NCBI GenBank assembly: GCA_964446865.1
Contig: CAYURD010000008.1
Coordinates: 4,593 to 68,592 of the forward strand
Direction of reading: 5' to 3'
From: an uncultured Glaciecola sp.
GTDB lineage: Bacteria > Pseudomonadota > Gammaproteobacteria > Enterobacterales > Alteromonadaceae
DNA length: 64,000 nucleotides
Shown here piece after piece: positions 29,778 to 40,065 of the stretch. The notes below the pieces were generated by a model. That model had not been told where the DNA came from. It did no database searches and saw nothing but the letters and a program-made list of their open reading frames with translations. The translations under genes were made by a program, and so were the position numbers. Each line of letters starts with the position of its first letter. The stretch's first letter is position 1.

Positions 29778-32090
29778 TTACTGAGCATGCCACACAAAAC
29801 TCTTTTTACCGCTTAGCATAAACAAAACGGAGCCCGCTTCTACCTTTACATTAGTGGTATGGTCTTCATGTTTAGCTAAGGTAAAATCGCTCGACGAAAA
29901 ATTCGCGATAATCACAGAGCCATCATCAAAACGTGTTTGCTGTATTAGGCCTTGCTTATCTAACCAAGTAAAACCCACTAAGGCTTTATCCCATAAATGT
30001 GTGTGTGCAGGTAAAAATCCGCTTTGGTAATGTTTAAGCGCTTTAATACGAGGCGTGTTAATTGATGCAAAGTCATCTCGACTTAAGTGCACCATTGCCG
30101 GTGTGTTATATAACATGGCGGTTAAATCACGCTCAACTTGTACATCACTAAATTTTAGACTGTCGCTATGCCAATGATGACTGTTAATAATTTCATCATG
30201 AAATACCGCTTGATACAAAGGGAGTCTAAATTGCGGCGAAAAGTAAAGCGTTTTGTAGGGTTCTTTTACCTTAGCTGTTTTAAAAAAGAAAGCAGGCTTA
30301 GCGTCGGGGTACCATGCCCCTAAAAAATAAGGTGAATTGCGGTTTGTTTTCATGTCTGGGTCTTCCCAGCCAAACCCAACTGTCTCTAATCCATGCGCAA
30401 ATGCGAGGCCTTGTGAAGTCAGGCCGTTACCATCTTCCGAACCTAACACGACATTTTGCTTGGCGGTGTATAGCATTCTGTCATTAAATCCTTCGAGCAT
30501 TTTTGATTGACTCGTGCCTTTTGAGTGTTGACTATAGTCTTCTCGTACCATTGACGTAGCATCAACGTCCAAAAAGTAACTATTAAATTGACCATACCTG
30601 ATGACTTCACTAATGCGGTTTTTAACAAACTCTTTGTGACAAAGTGGATTCAAATAGAACCCTTGTCCCCTAAATCCTTTTTGCTTGTTGCCATCTACAT
30701 TTTCGATCGCGCAATTTTTACGCATAGAGCTGGGTAAGTGGGCGGTCAACCAATTCGAGTTTGAAGCGGGCACTATTGCCGTATTGTAAGAATCGTATAC
30801 ACCAAACAAATATCCCGCGTTTTTACTAAGGGCCACCACGTCGGGTTGATAAAATGCAGGCATCCAATTATCTAAGCCTATCCATAGCTTTTCTAAGTGC
30901 GCACTTTGCAATATGCGAATCATCTTACTCGATAGACCTTGCCCCCAACTATGTTGGGGTGCTAAATACGCAGAAGCATGATCTGCAAGCCATTTTTTGC
31001 GAATTGATGCGGCCTCAAATTGCGCCTTAATATCATGCGGCTCTGATGTGTTGCTACTAGCAGGATGATAAGTGTTTAACGACTCATTAATACTCTCGAC
31101 TAGCAGACGTTTCTGATAGTGATTTAGCCAACCTTTACCTTTTTCTAAAGGCATTAGCTCTTTAATTGCGGCACTCGTTGGCTTAAGGAGACCGTGTTGA
31201 AAATACCAGTCTTTTAATCCCCACCAATCGGTTACATCTTGCGTTGCTAAGAGGTTTCTACCAAATAAATACACATGGCTGGCCCCAATTAGTTTCTCTA
31301 TATTTGGATTGCTACTTAGTTTAGTTGCTAGCGTTACTTGCTGTTGCTGCTGTTTTCGCCACTGTCGATAATACTTAGCCCCCGACAAAACCTCGTCTCC
31401 AAGTGATATATGCACTTCAAAACTCTCATTTTTATTCAGCACGGTAAAATCACGCGAGGCGTGCATGTCTATACGGGCAGTAGTAGTACTGTCAAGATCC
31501 GGGAAAAATAAGCTACCGTTGGTCGCGTTTGCCAAAAAGTAGCTAACAAACGAATTACCTTGCGCAAGTGTCCAAAATGGCATTTTTAAACTCTGCGTGG
31601 TGCTTGCGCCGCTGTAGTGCTTAGTTAAATAACGTGACCACATTTTGTTATCGGTGGGTATTCGCATTCCTTCGCTAAACGGGATAATCAAAGTATCTGT
31701 CGCGGCTTCATCTGCATTAAACCAAGTCAAACGAATTGGCTTATTGCGAGTGATATTTTTGCTGCCATTTACGTCAAATTTGATGACTAACGCCTCATCA
31801 AAATTCACTCTTACCGTAATCATGCTGGGTTGTAACACCCATTTTGCGCTGTGCGGATTTATCCGCTCTACTTTCGATGCGCTTTGGGCTTGGCCATTTA
31901 TTTGTAATCCAGCTTGATTAATCGAAATAAATGAATCGTCTTTGGACCATGTTATTTCTAAAGTAGCCGGGTCTATACTAATGAGTTGTTGATTAGTACT
32001 TAAGATGACCCGTTCAGGCTGCTGGGCATGTGCATAAAACGTCATTAAGCAGATGCTGAGCAACATGGTCTTGCTTAGGAATTTTTTCAT
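29778..32090 (-). CDS. Exported GH101/GH129-related glycoside hydrolase
   Basis: Start MKKFLSK with signal peptide; IPFSEG, LIGASHVYLFG, GVYDSY, FNSYFLDVDA, LGSEDG, LPLYQAVFHD. Confidence 0.72.
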   Translation of the reverse strand: MKKFLSKTMLLSICLMTFYAHAQQPERVILSTNQQLISIDPATLEITWSKDDSFISINQAGLQINGQAQSASKVERINPHSAKWVLQPSMITVRVNFDEALVIKFDVNGSKNITRNKPIRLTWFNADEAATDTLIIPFSEGMRIPTDNKMWSRYLTKHYSGASTTQSLKMPFWTLAQGNSFVSYFLANATNGSLFFPDLDSTTTARIDMHASRDFTVLNKNESFEVHISLGDEVLSGAKYYRQWRKQQQQQVTLATKLSSNPNIEKLIGASHVYLFGRNLLATQDVTDWWGLKDWYFQHGLLKPTSAAIKELMPLEKGKGWLNHYQKRLLVESINESLNTYHPASSNTSEPHDIKAQFEAASIRKKWLADHASAYLAPQHSWGQGLSSKMIRILQSAHLEKLWIGLDNWMPAFYQPDVVALSKNAGYLFGVYDSYNTAIVPASNSNWLTAHLPSSMRKNCAIENVDGNKQKGFRGQGFYLNPLCHKEFVKNRISEVIRYGQFNSYFLDVDATSMVREDYSQHSKGTSQSKMLEGFNDRMLYTAKQNVVLGSEDGNGLTSQGLAFAHGLETVGFGWEDPDMKTNRNSPYFLGAWYPDAKPAFFFKTAKVKEPYKTLYFSPQFRLPLYQAVFHDEIINSHHWHSDSLKFSDVQVERDLTAMLYNTPAMVHLSRDDFASINTPRIKALKHYQSGFLPAHTHLWDKALVGFTWLDKQGLIQQTRFDDGSVIIANFSSSDFTLAKHEDHTTNVKVEAGSVLFMLSGKKSFVWHAQ

Positions 32091-32245
32091 AGCATGTTCC
32101 AGTCGATGGCTTTTCTTATTAAATAGTAAGGACATTACACCATATTAACGATTAGCAAAGGCGCGAAAGCGGTATGTGCTACAGCCTCAAAAATAACAAA
32201 CAGTTAGTGAAGAATACTCGCGAATTCTTTGTGTAGCCTACCTTT

Positions 32246-32527
32246 TTACATCACAAAGGTTTCGACTTGCTTATTAGCCACCATGGATGCCACTTTTTTA
32301 GAAAACGATAAAAAATGCAAAGTAGTTAAATGATGCTCAAAATCCGCTTTTGTTTGGTAAATTTCGTATAAAAAAACCAAATTTTGATCAGTTTCGCTTA
32401 CACTTACATCAAAATGCGTACAGGCAGGTTCAAGCTCAAGAGAGTCTTTAGCTTGTTTGAGCATAGCAGGCATAAATTGATGCAAATAGCTCTCGTGAAT
32501 TAAAAATTTTACAGTAACAATATACAT
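32246..32527 (-). CDS. ABM-fold (LsrG/quinol monooxygenase-like) protein
   Basis: EPACTHFDV, FLYEIY, DFEHHLTTLHF. Confidence 0.85.
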   Translation of the reverse strand: MYIVTVKFLIHESYLHQFMPAMLKQAKDSLELEPACTHFDVSVSETDQNLVFLYEIYQTKADFEHHLTTLHFLSFSKKVASMVANKQVETFVM

Positions 32528-32560
32528 ATTGATCTACTTATTGGTTTATTTATTTCTACG

Positions 32561-33199
32561 TTAATTAGCGAATTTCTTTAATAGCGTTTGAATTTGTGTT
32601 TTATTTAATCGGTTTGCTGACGTATTGGCTAGCATCAACGCTATTTTGCAACTTTCTTCCAGCTCTTCGATGCCATAAACACACTTTTCTACGTCAGTTG
32701 CCGACACTATAGGACCGTGATTTGCCATTATAATGCCGGAGTGCTTGTCAGCAACGTTGGCCACTGCGTCAGCTAAGTCATCATTACCAGGCGCAAAATA
32801 AGGCACCATCGCAATTGGACCTAAACGCATGGTCAAGTATGGTGTGTAAGTTGGCACACAATTGTAAATATCATTGCAAGGTAAACACGATAGTGCGGTT
32901 GCATGCGTTGAGTGTAAGTGGATAACGCAGGTGTCTTGCGGGCGTTTATTATATATTGCTTGATGTAAACGAAATTCTTTTGACGGCGGGGCACCACTCA
33001 ACAAAGTGCCGTCACTTGCGACGATCGAAAGCTCATCAATATCTAAAAAACCGAAACAAGTATTAGTAGGCGTCATCACCCAGCCTTTGTCGATACGCAC
33101 GCTCATATTTGCTGATGCTCCCGAGGTAAGACCTCGGTCAAATATAGACTTAGCATAGGTGATAATTTTTTGTTTAGCGGTTTGTTCTGTTAGCAACAT
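32561..33199 (-). CDS. otnC: 3-oxo-tetronate 4-phosphate decarboxylase (class II aldolase family)
   Basis: GASANMS, TPTN, PSKE, HLHSTHA, MANHGP, EELEE; overlaps otnK. Confidence 0.85.
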   Translation of the reverse strand: MLLTEQTAKQKIITYAKSIFDRGLTSGASANMSVRIDKGWVMTPTNTCFGFLDIDELSIVASDGTLLSGAPPSKEFRLHQAIYNKRPQDTCVIHLHSTHATALSCLPCNDIYNCVPTYTPYLTMRLGPIAMVPYFAPGNDDLADAVANVADKHSGIIMANHGPIVSATDVEKCVYGIEELEESCKIALMLANTSANRLNKTQIQTLLKKFAN

Positions 33200-34482
33200 A
33201 ATAAGGTGTCCACGGCACGAATGAAAAAGTCAGTTTGGCCAAAATTACCTGACTTTAATGCAAGGTTTATAGGGCGTTCATTGAGAGTTTGTAACATAGG
33301 CACACCCGGTGCAATTGTACTGCCGATATAAAAGCTATCGGCATGAAGCGCATTAACAACCGCACCCGATGTTTCGCCACCAGCCACGATGAAATTTCGA
33401 AAACCTAAATCATCACGCGCTTTTATTGCCACTTCAGCAAACGTTTGTTCTATGAGGTTAGCCACATACGCTGCGCCTAACTTAGTTTGGTTTTGAGCAA
33501 CTTGCTCTGGCATCGCAGAAGCAGTTACCAAAGGCGAATTGTGTTTTACCGCATCTAACCAGTCACAAATGGTTTGGGTTGATTGCTCTCTCTTGGCTAG
33601 TTTATTAACATCTAAAGAGTAAACGGGATGATTTTTTGCATATTCGGTCACTTGCTTTTGAGTCATATCTGAGCAACTTCCACTCATCACAATGGCCGGC
33701 GCAGCAATTCCTTTAACCGCACTTTGGTCTTGACTAAGTTGCCCACCTTGGGCGGTAAACTCACTGCCAAGGCCGATAGCTAAACCAGAACCACCCGTGA
33801 TTAACGTAAAATCAGATACACTAGCCCCAATAGTCTTTAAATGCTGCTCGTGCAAGCTATCCACCACTATATACTGATACTGCTGACGCAAACTACTAAG
33901 TGCACTAGTAGTAGCTTTTACACCTTTGTCGAGGATACTGCATGGCAATAAACCAGCTCTGCCTGCTCCTTGCGACTCTAACATGCTAATAATCGAAGAT
34001 TCGCGCATGGGCGTTAGAGGGTGATTTTTCATTGCACTGTCACTTAACAGTTGATCAAAAACAAATAAGTGGCCTTGATATACAGTACGGCCATTGACCG
34101 GTAATGCAGGACAGACAATGGTTGAAGGCAAATCCAAATGTGAGCTTAATGCATCTATTACGGGGCCTATATTGCCCTTAGTTGTCGAGTCAAAGGTTGA
34201 ACAGTATTTAAAGTAGTATTTTTTGCAGCCAATGCCAATGAGTACATCTAAACTTTTACGTGATAACTCAACCGCCTTTTTAGCGGCAATCGTTCTAGAC
34301 TTTAATGCAATAACAACTGCATCCACGTTGCCCAATCGTTCAAGTTGGTCAGGCCTAGGGACGCCATTTATTTGAATCGTTCTAAAACCACTTTTAACCA
34401 AAAAACTAGCAAGATCGGATGCGCCGGTGTAATCGTCGGCAATGCATCCTAACCACGGTGACTTTTGGTCATGTCTTGTCAT
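33190..34482 (-). CDS. otnK: 3-oxo-tetronate kinase (DUF1537 four-carbon acid sugar kinase)
   Basis: GCIADDYTGASD, ALKSR, FKYCSTFDST, GNIGPV, HPLTPM, GSCS, AGGETSGAV, LKSGNFG. Confidence 0.92.
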   Translation of the reverse strand: MTRHDQKSPWLGCIADDYTGASDLASFLVKSGFRTIQINGVPRPDQLERLGNVDAVVIALKSRTIAAKKAVELSRKSLDVLIGIGCKKYYFKYCSTFDSTTKGNIGPVIDALSSHLDLPSTIVCPALPVNGRTVYQGHLFVFDQLLSDSAMKNHPLTPMRESSIISMLESQGAGRAGLLPCSILDKGVKATTSALSSLRQQYQYIVVDSLHEQHLKTIGASVSDFTLITGGSGLAIGLGSEFTAQGGQLSQDQSAVKGIAAPAIVMSGSCSDMTQKQVTEYAKNHPVYSLDVNKLAKREQSTQTICDWLDAVKHNSPLVTASAMPEQVAQNQTKLGAAYVANLIEQTFAEVAIKARDDLGFRNFIVAGGETSGAVVNALHADSFYIGSTIAPGVPMLQTLNERPINLALKSGNFGQTDFFIRAVDTLLCC

Positions 34483-34514
34483 ATTAAATTTTTCACTAGT
34501 AGCAATAAGTTAAC

Positions 34515-34536
34515 TTATACATTATATTATGCATAA
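34515..34536. promoter_or_regulatory. Putative GntR operator in the otnK/gntR divergent spacer
   Basis: Palindrome TTATGCATAA at 34527-34536 with a degenerate copy TTATACATTA 12 bp upstream. Confidence 0.5.
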
Positions 34537-34619
34537 AATATACTTAATTTTGTGCAAACATCCCCGCGTAAATTTGTCGTGAGAGCTTGTACACAATCAG
34601 CATTACTAACAGGCAGGCA

Positions 34620-35297
34620 ATGGAAATCACTCGGGTTAAATCGATATCACTAAGTCAACAGGCCTATCGCAAGCTGCGCGAAAAAATTCTGAATAACGAA
34701 TTAAGACCGGGAAGGTTTTTTCTTGAAAAAGAGTTAGCGGCACTATTAGGAATTTCACGCACACCACTAAAAGAAGCATTGGTGAAACTTGAAAATGAAG
34801 GTTTGATTGAGGTGCAACCTCGTCATGGCATGCAAGTTTTACCTTTATCTGCAAACGATATGGCCGAGGTTTATCAAATTATCACTAGCCTTGAGTGCGA
34901 GGCAGTATCAATCATTGCACAAAAAGGCTTATCACAACGTGAGGTTTCGCAGCTTGAAAAGACAGGTGCTGCAATGGAACAAGCTTTAGCCCAAAACGCC
35001 TTAGCTGATTGGGCCAGAGCTGACGAAGACTTCCATCGTTTACTATTAGATTTTTGCGGCAATGTCAGGCTAAAACAAACAGTATTGAGTTTTTGGGATT
35101 TAAGTCACCGAGCACGATTTTTTACCTTGAAGCTACGAGACAAACCCGTGAGTTCCACCCACGACCATCAACGCGTGATAGAAGCTATTAAAATGCAAAA
35201 CCCAGATGAAGCTGTGCGCATTCATCGTCAACATCGCGTAAAAGGCGGCGCAACTTTGGTAAATATTATTCGAGAATATGGCTTAGATCATTTGTAA
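34620..35297 (+). CDS. GntR-family (FCD) transcriptional regulator
   Basis: wHTH EKELAALLGISRTPLKEAL; FCD motif DEDFH...CGN; ATG at 34620. Confidence 0.92.
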   Translation: MEITRVKSISLSQQAYRKLREKILNNELRPGRFFLEKELAALLGISRTPLKEALVKLENEGLIEVQPRHGMQVLPLSANDMAEVYQIITSLECEAVSIIAQKGLSQREVSQLEKTGAAMEQALAQNALADWARADEDFHRLLLDFCGNVRLKQTVLSFWDLSHRARFFTLKLRDKPVSSTHDHQRVIEAIKMQNPDEAVRIHRQHRVKGGATLVNIIREYGLDHL

Positions 35298-35379
35298 CGA
35301 CACTGACACACTTAAACAATAAGCCGACCAATGTTACAGAGTGATTGGTCAACCTTAAACAAATAGGAATTGAGTAAAC

Positions 35380-36480
35380 GTGAAAACAGATTTTTTAATC
35401 ACAGTACTACCCGGCGACGGGATTGGCCACGAAGTCACCCCCATTTGCGTCGACCTTTTACAAAAAGTCAGTGAACAAGTTGGCGGATTTACACTCACGT
35501 TTAGCTCGTTTGAAGCGGGCGCAGTACACTACAAAAAAACAGGTGTTTCGCTACCCGATGAGGCCTTGCAACATGCCTTTGTTAGTGACGCTACGCTATT
35601 AGCATGCATGGGAATGCCTTCTATCCGTTATCCTGATGGTCGTGAAATAGCACCGCAATTAGAGCTACGAGAAAAAATGGATTTATTTGCCGGCGTTAGG
35701 CCTGTAAAAACAATGCCGGGCCTGCCCTTACCTCTCACATCAAAAGAAGCACAAAATCTCGATTTTGTATTAATTAGAGAAAGTACAGAAGGTTTGTTTG
35801 CCAGTCGAGAGAACTTTAAGATTGAGGGGCAAGGCAGCGAAGAAGCGGCCTACGACACCCAAAAAATTAGCCGAAAAGGTTGTGAGCGATTGTTCGATTT
35901 TGCCTTTAAACTAGGGCGCCAACGCAAAAATACTGGATACAAAGGTAAAGTAACATGTGTTGACAAAGCAAACGTGTTAGGTTCTTTTTACTACATGCGT
36001 CAAATTTTTGATGAAGTGGCCGCAAAAAATACCGATATTGACCACAACCATGTTTATGTAGACGCTGCAGCACTGCAACTAGTGAGTCGTCCATGGCAGT
36101 TTGATGTCATGGTAACCGAAAATATGTTTGGCGATATATTATCTGATTTAGGTGCAGGCTTAATGGGCGGCATGGGCATGGCACCGTCGGCTGATATTGG
36201 CCTTAATAAAGCAGTGTTTCAGCCTTGCCATGGTACTGCACCTGATATCATTGGCCAAGGCAAAGCCAATCCAACGGCTATGTTTTTATCTGCGGCAATG
36301 ATGCTGCGATGGTTAGGAACCGAGCACAACAACCAAGATGTCATAGACGCAGCCAATAAAATTGATGCTGCAGTTGAAAATGCATATGCAAGTAAAACCT
36401 TATTACCATATGAGCTAGGCGGTAGCTCGGGTACACAAGCAATTACCGATGCAGTTTATAGTCAATTGTCATTAAGTTGA
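35380..36480 (+). CDS. Isocitrate/isopropylmalate/tartrate dehydrogenase family protein (atypical LeuB-like)
   Basis: LPGDGIG, VRP, IRESTEGLF, VDKANV, ENMFGDILSD, HGTAPDI, ANP; catabolic context and no other leu genes. Confidence 0.88.
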   Translation: MKTDFLITVLPGDGIGHEVTPICVDLLQKVSEQVGGFTLTFSSFEAGAVHYKKTGVSLPDEALQHAFVSDATLLACMGMPSIRYPDGREIAPQLELREKMDLFAGVRPVKTMPGLPLPLTSKEAQNLDFVLIRESTEGLFASRENFKIEGQGSEEAAYDTQKISRKGCERLFDFAFKLGRQRKNTGYKGKVTCVDKANVLGSFYYMRQIFDEVAAKNTDIDHNHVYVDAAALQLVSRPWQFDVMVTENMFGDILSDLGAGLMGGMGMAPSADIGLNKAVFQPCHGTAPDIIGQGKANPTAMFLSAAMMLRWLGTEHNNQDVIDAANKIDAAVENAYASKTLLPYELGGSSGTQAITDAVYSQLSLS

Positions 36481-36530
36481 TCAAGTAAGGGCTATTGGGT
36501 ATTTAAAAGGCACAGACATAAAGGAACTAC

Positions 36531-37556
36531 ATGAAAACACAATTTTTCAAAGCAAGTATCTTAGGTATTGTATCGCTGGTGATCACCGGCCTTATTTCGC
36601 AAGTAGTGCAAGCTGCTAGGCCATATCCTGTGCGACCTATTACGACTACCGTGGTTTGGTCTGCCGGTGGCGGTACCGATGCAGTTAACCGTATGATCAT
36701 GGCCGAAATGGCAAAAATACTAGATACGCGTATTAACGTGGTCAATAAACCTGGCGGTATAGCCGGGTCGATAGGCATGAGTGCAGTTTTGAGAAAGCGT
36801 GCCGACGGGTATAATCTAGTGGGCTTATCAAGCTCTAATGTGGTAGCTGCGGTTAATGGTGGGTGGGACAAACGCTTTGATGTGTGGTCACCTTTTATTG
36901 TTGGTAGTTCACCGGATGTGATTTCGGTTAGAGCAGACTCGAATATTAAAAGCTTAGATGATTTGCTCGCACAATTTACACAAAACAAAACGCCTTACAA
37001 AGCAGGAGCTGGCGGCACTGGCGGCATTCATCATTTGTATTTATTAGAACTGGCGCGTGTAAGCGGCATAGACTTTCGTTTTGTGCCCTATCCGGGCTCT
37101 GCGCCATCTCAAACCGCAGCCATTACTGGTGAAGTTGATGTCGTTATTACCTCAATGGCCGAACAGGCGCAGTTAATTCGAGGTGGTAAATTACGACCCT
37201 TGGCTATGCTACATCCCAAAAGCTTTACCTTAGCATCTTATGGCTCTATCCCTAGCGCTTTTGATAAATTTCCGGCCTTATCTACCCATTTACCATTGTC
37301 TCAAGCAATAGGGTTTGCCATTAATAACAATGCGCCTGATGCGGTTAAAGAAAAGCTTGGCCTTGCGTTTGAAGAAGCCATGCGTTCTGATGTTGTTATA
37401 AAATGGGCTAAACAAAACCACTACCAATTATCGGGTAAACACTCCCAAGCCGCCCGCGACGAATTTGCGCAATTAGAATCCTTTTTTGCTTGGACATTGC
37501 AAGACTTAGGAGCAAATAAACACTCTCCTGAAAAGTTTGACATTCCAAAACCTTGA
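36531..37556 (+). CDS. tctC: Tripartite tricarboxylate transporter substrate-binding protein
   Basis: YPVRPI, WSAGGGTD, VVNKPGG, ADGY, VPYPG; signal peptide. Confidence 0.9.
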   Translation: MKTQFFKASILGIVSLVITGLISQVVQAARPYPVRPITTTVVWSAGGGTDAVNRMIMAEMAKILDTRINVVNKPGGIAGSIGMSAVLRKRADGYNLVGLSSSNVVAAVNGGWDKRFDVWSPFIVGSSPDVISVRADSNIKSLDDLLAQFTQNKTPYKAGAGGTGGIHHLYLLELARVSGIDFRFVPYPGSAPSQTAAITGEVDVVITSMAEQAQLIRGGKLRPLAMLHPKSFTLASYGSIPSAFDKFPALSTHLPLSQAIGFAINNNAPDAVKEKLGLAFEEAMRSDVVIKWAKQNHYQLSGKHSQAARDEFAQLESFFAWTLQDLGANKHSPEKFDIPKP

Positions 37557-37595
37557 TCGGTGTTAATACAAGACAATAGGACTTAAAAAAAGAGT

Positions 37596-38399
37596 ATGAC
37601 AAGCGAAGATAAACAAACATCACGCGCTCTAAGTATGATTCAAGATGCTCGCAGTGACTTTAAAGTGGCAATCGTACTGTTAATAATCGCATTGTTTCTT
37701 TTTTTTCATACATTGACGTTTCCAATGTCAGGAAGCTATGCAGGTGTTGAAAATCAATGGTTTGTGTCACCTGCACTATTTCCGTTGATTATCATTAGTT
37801 TACTAATATTGTTAAGTAGCATTTTACTATTTAAGGCCACCAGGCAAAAAGGTTTTGAACAATTTACACAATTAAAGAGCTGGCTAGGTGATTGGCAAGA
37901 CCCACAAGTTGTGAATCGCTGGTACATTATTTGGTCGCTAGTTGTGTTTGTTTATGTGTATGTGCCGTCGATTGATTTTTATTTGGCCGCCGTGCTTTTT
38001 TTAGTCGCCTTAACCAGCCGTTTTTATTATGAATTTAACCAAAGTTTGCTTCGGATTTCGCTAATTCATTTGCTTTTAAGTCTTTGCCTTATTGGTATAA
38101 AGCTATTTATTAATGCAACTGAAGACACAACATGGCTGAGCGTAAATCAAGACACGCTTGTGATTTATTACAGCGACTTGATTGCTAGTGCCACAATAGC
38201 CATATTACTAGGCATGATTTGGTTTACACCTGTCAATAAAAATAACAAACGAGCAATAACGCAAACAGCGGTGGTATTGGTAATGCCGCTATTCTTAAGT
38301 CTCATTTTTACGTTTTTACTATTTGTACCCATGCCAGTTGAATATGGCAGTGTTAGTAATTTCTTTTCTTATTTAATTTATGAAGTCTTGGCAATTTAG
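37596..38399 (+). CDS. tctB: TTT small membrane subunit (long TctB)
   Basis: Lies between tctC and tctA; SPALFP motif, F..LLFVPMP end, about 7 hydrophobic segments. Confidence 0.75.
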   Translation: MTSEDKQTSRALSMIQDARSDFKVAIVLLIIALFLFFHTLTFPMSGSYAGVENQWFVSPALFPLIIISLLILLSSILLFKATRQKGFEQFTQLKSWLGDWQDPQVVNRWYIIWSLVVFVYVYVPSIDFYLAAVLFLVALTSRFYYEFNQSLLRISLIHLLLSLCLIGIKLFINATEDTTWLSVNQDTLVIYYSDLIASATIAILLGMIWFTPVNKNNKRAITQTAVVLVMPLFLSLIFTFLLFVPMPVEYGSVSNFFSYLIYEVLAI

Positions 38400-38452
38400 C
38401 ATGAGAGTATTGCAATGAATCGCAAAAAATTGGTACCTCTTCAGGGGACAGC

Positions 38453-40003
38453 ATGCTAGAGCAGTTTTCGTACTTTTTTTCTATTTTATTTGGTTTGATA
38501 AGCGATCCGACTAATTTGTTAGTGGTGTTTGCCGCAAGCTTTATTGGCATTATTTTTGGTGCTATGCCTGGCTTAACCGCTACTTTAGGTATCGCTTTGT
38601 TGACTTCACTTACCTATGGTTTTGGGCCAAATATTGCCCTTTTGGCGCTACTGGGTTTATACGTAGGTGCAATATATGGCGGCAGCTACCCGGCCATTTT
38701 AATTAATATTCCAGGTACGCCTGCAGCCGCAGCCACCGCACTTGATGGTTATCCCCTTACACAAAAAGGCGAAGGCGGACGCGCACTGGGCTTAACTACC
38801 ACCGCATCATTTATTGGTACTATTATTGGATTATTATTTTTAGTCACGCTTTCACCATTTATTGCAAGTATGGCCTTACAATTTACGTCGTGGGAATTTT
38901 TCTTATTAGCCCTATTTGGTATTGTCATTAGTGGTACCTTAACCAGTTCGCAAAACGCCATTAAAGGTTGGATAGCCGGCTTAATTGGGCTGTTTTTAGC
39001 CACTATAGGACGAGATTCTCTTCAGTACTTCCCTCGCTACACTGGTGGTATGAGTGAGTTTGATGCGGGTCTTGAAATTGTCCCTGTGTTAATAGGTGCG
39101 TTTGGCATTCCACAAGTTATCAAAGTGCTGTCACAGTCAAAAGTGTCAATGACCCCGCCCAAATTAGGCCGAATATTACCTGAGCTTGCCACTATAATGC
39201 GTAATCGCATCCATATTTTACGAGCTTCAACAATAGGTGTTGGCGTGGGTTCAGTACCTGGTATCGGTGAAGACATTGCAGGCTGGGTATCTTATAGCAC
39301 TGCTAAATCAACCAGTACGCCTACGCAACAAAAAGAGTTTGGAAAGGGCTCAGAAGCCGCCATTGTGTCGTCTGAAACTGCCAACAACGCTTGCATAGGG
39401 GGCGCTCTTATTCCTTTATTAACACTTGGGATCCCAGGCAGTCCACCAGCAGCCATGTTGCTAGGAGCACTGCTATTACATGGCATAACACCTGGGCCTA
39501 GTATCGAGATAGACCATCCTAACTTTTTACTAGAGGTTACTGCCATTATGGTACTTGCTTCATTTGCTATGTGGGCAAATGGAATGCTATTGGCCAAGCA
39601 AGTGGTTAAGTTACTCACTATACCAAGTTCTTTGTTTATACCGATAGTTGGCGTTTTGTGTATTTTAGGCGGTTATGCACTTGGCCTTAGCATTTTCAAT
39701 TTGTATGTTTTGATACCCGTGGGCATTGCTTCTTATTTCTTAAGTGAATTGAAATTTCCAATTGCGCCTATGGTAATAGGCTTGGTCTTAGGGAATATGG
39801 CTGACGAGAGCTTGCGCCGCGCATTAATGTTAAATGAGGGTAGTTTTTTACCTATGTTTGAACGTCCGGTGGCAGTAATACTTTTACTGGTGATTGTCTA
39901 TTTTATATTGACGCAATTTCCGGTTTGCAAAAACATCACTGCACGCTTTTGGACAAGTTTACGCCAAATTTTGATAAAGCCATTTGCACGCAATAAGGGC
40001 TAA
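38453..40003 (+). CDS. tctA: TTT large membrane subunit
   Basis: GAMPGL, YGGSYPAILINIPGTP, SETANNA, PLLTLGIPGS. Confidence 0.93.
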   Translation: MLEQFSYFFSILFGLISDPTNLLVVFAASFIGIIFGAMPGLTATLGIALLTSLTYGFGPNIALLALLGLYVGAIYGGSYPAILINIPGTPAAAATALDGYPLTQKGEGGRALGLTTTASFIGTIIGLLFLVTLSPFIASMALQFTSWEFFLLALFGIVISGTLTSSQNAIKGWIAGLIGLFLATIGRDSLQYFPRYTGGMSEFDAGLEIVPVLIGAFGIPQVIKVLSQSKVSMTPPKLGRILPELATIMRNRIHILRASTIGVGVGSVPGIGEDIAGWVSYSTAKSTSTPTQQKEFGKGSEAAIVSSETANNACIGGALIPLLTLGIPGSPPAAMLLGALLLHGITPGPSIEIDHPNFLLEVTAIMVLASFAMWANGMLLAKQVVKLLTIPSSLFIPIVGVLCILGGYALGLSIFNLYVLIPVGIASYFLSELKFPIAPMVIGLVLGNMADESLRRALMLNEGSFLPMFERPVAVILLLVIVYFILTQFPVCKNITARFWTSLRQILIKPFARNKG

Positions 40004-40065
40004 GATACATTATGTTGACGCGCTATTTACTTTTAATTAATAAGCAAAATTGAGAAGGTGTAAAC

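Noticed and set aside
35380-36480. Leucine biosynthesis leuB
   Set aside because: No leuA/C/D, catabolic context and substituted catalytic residues.
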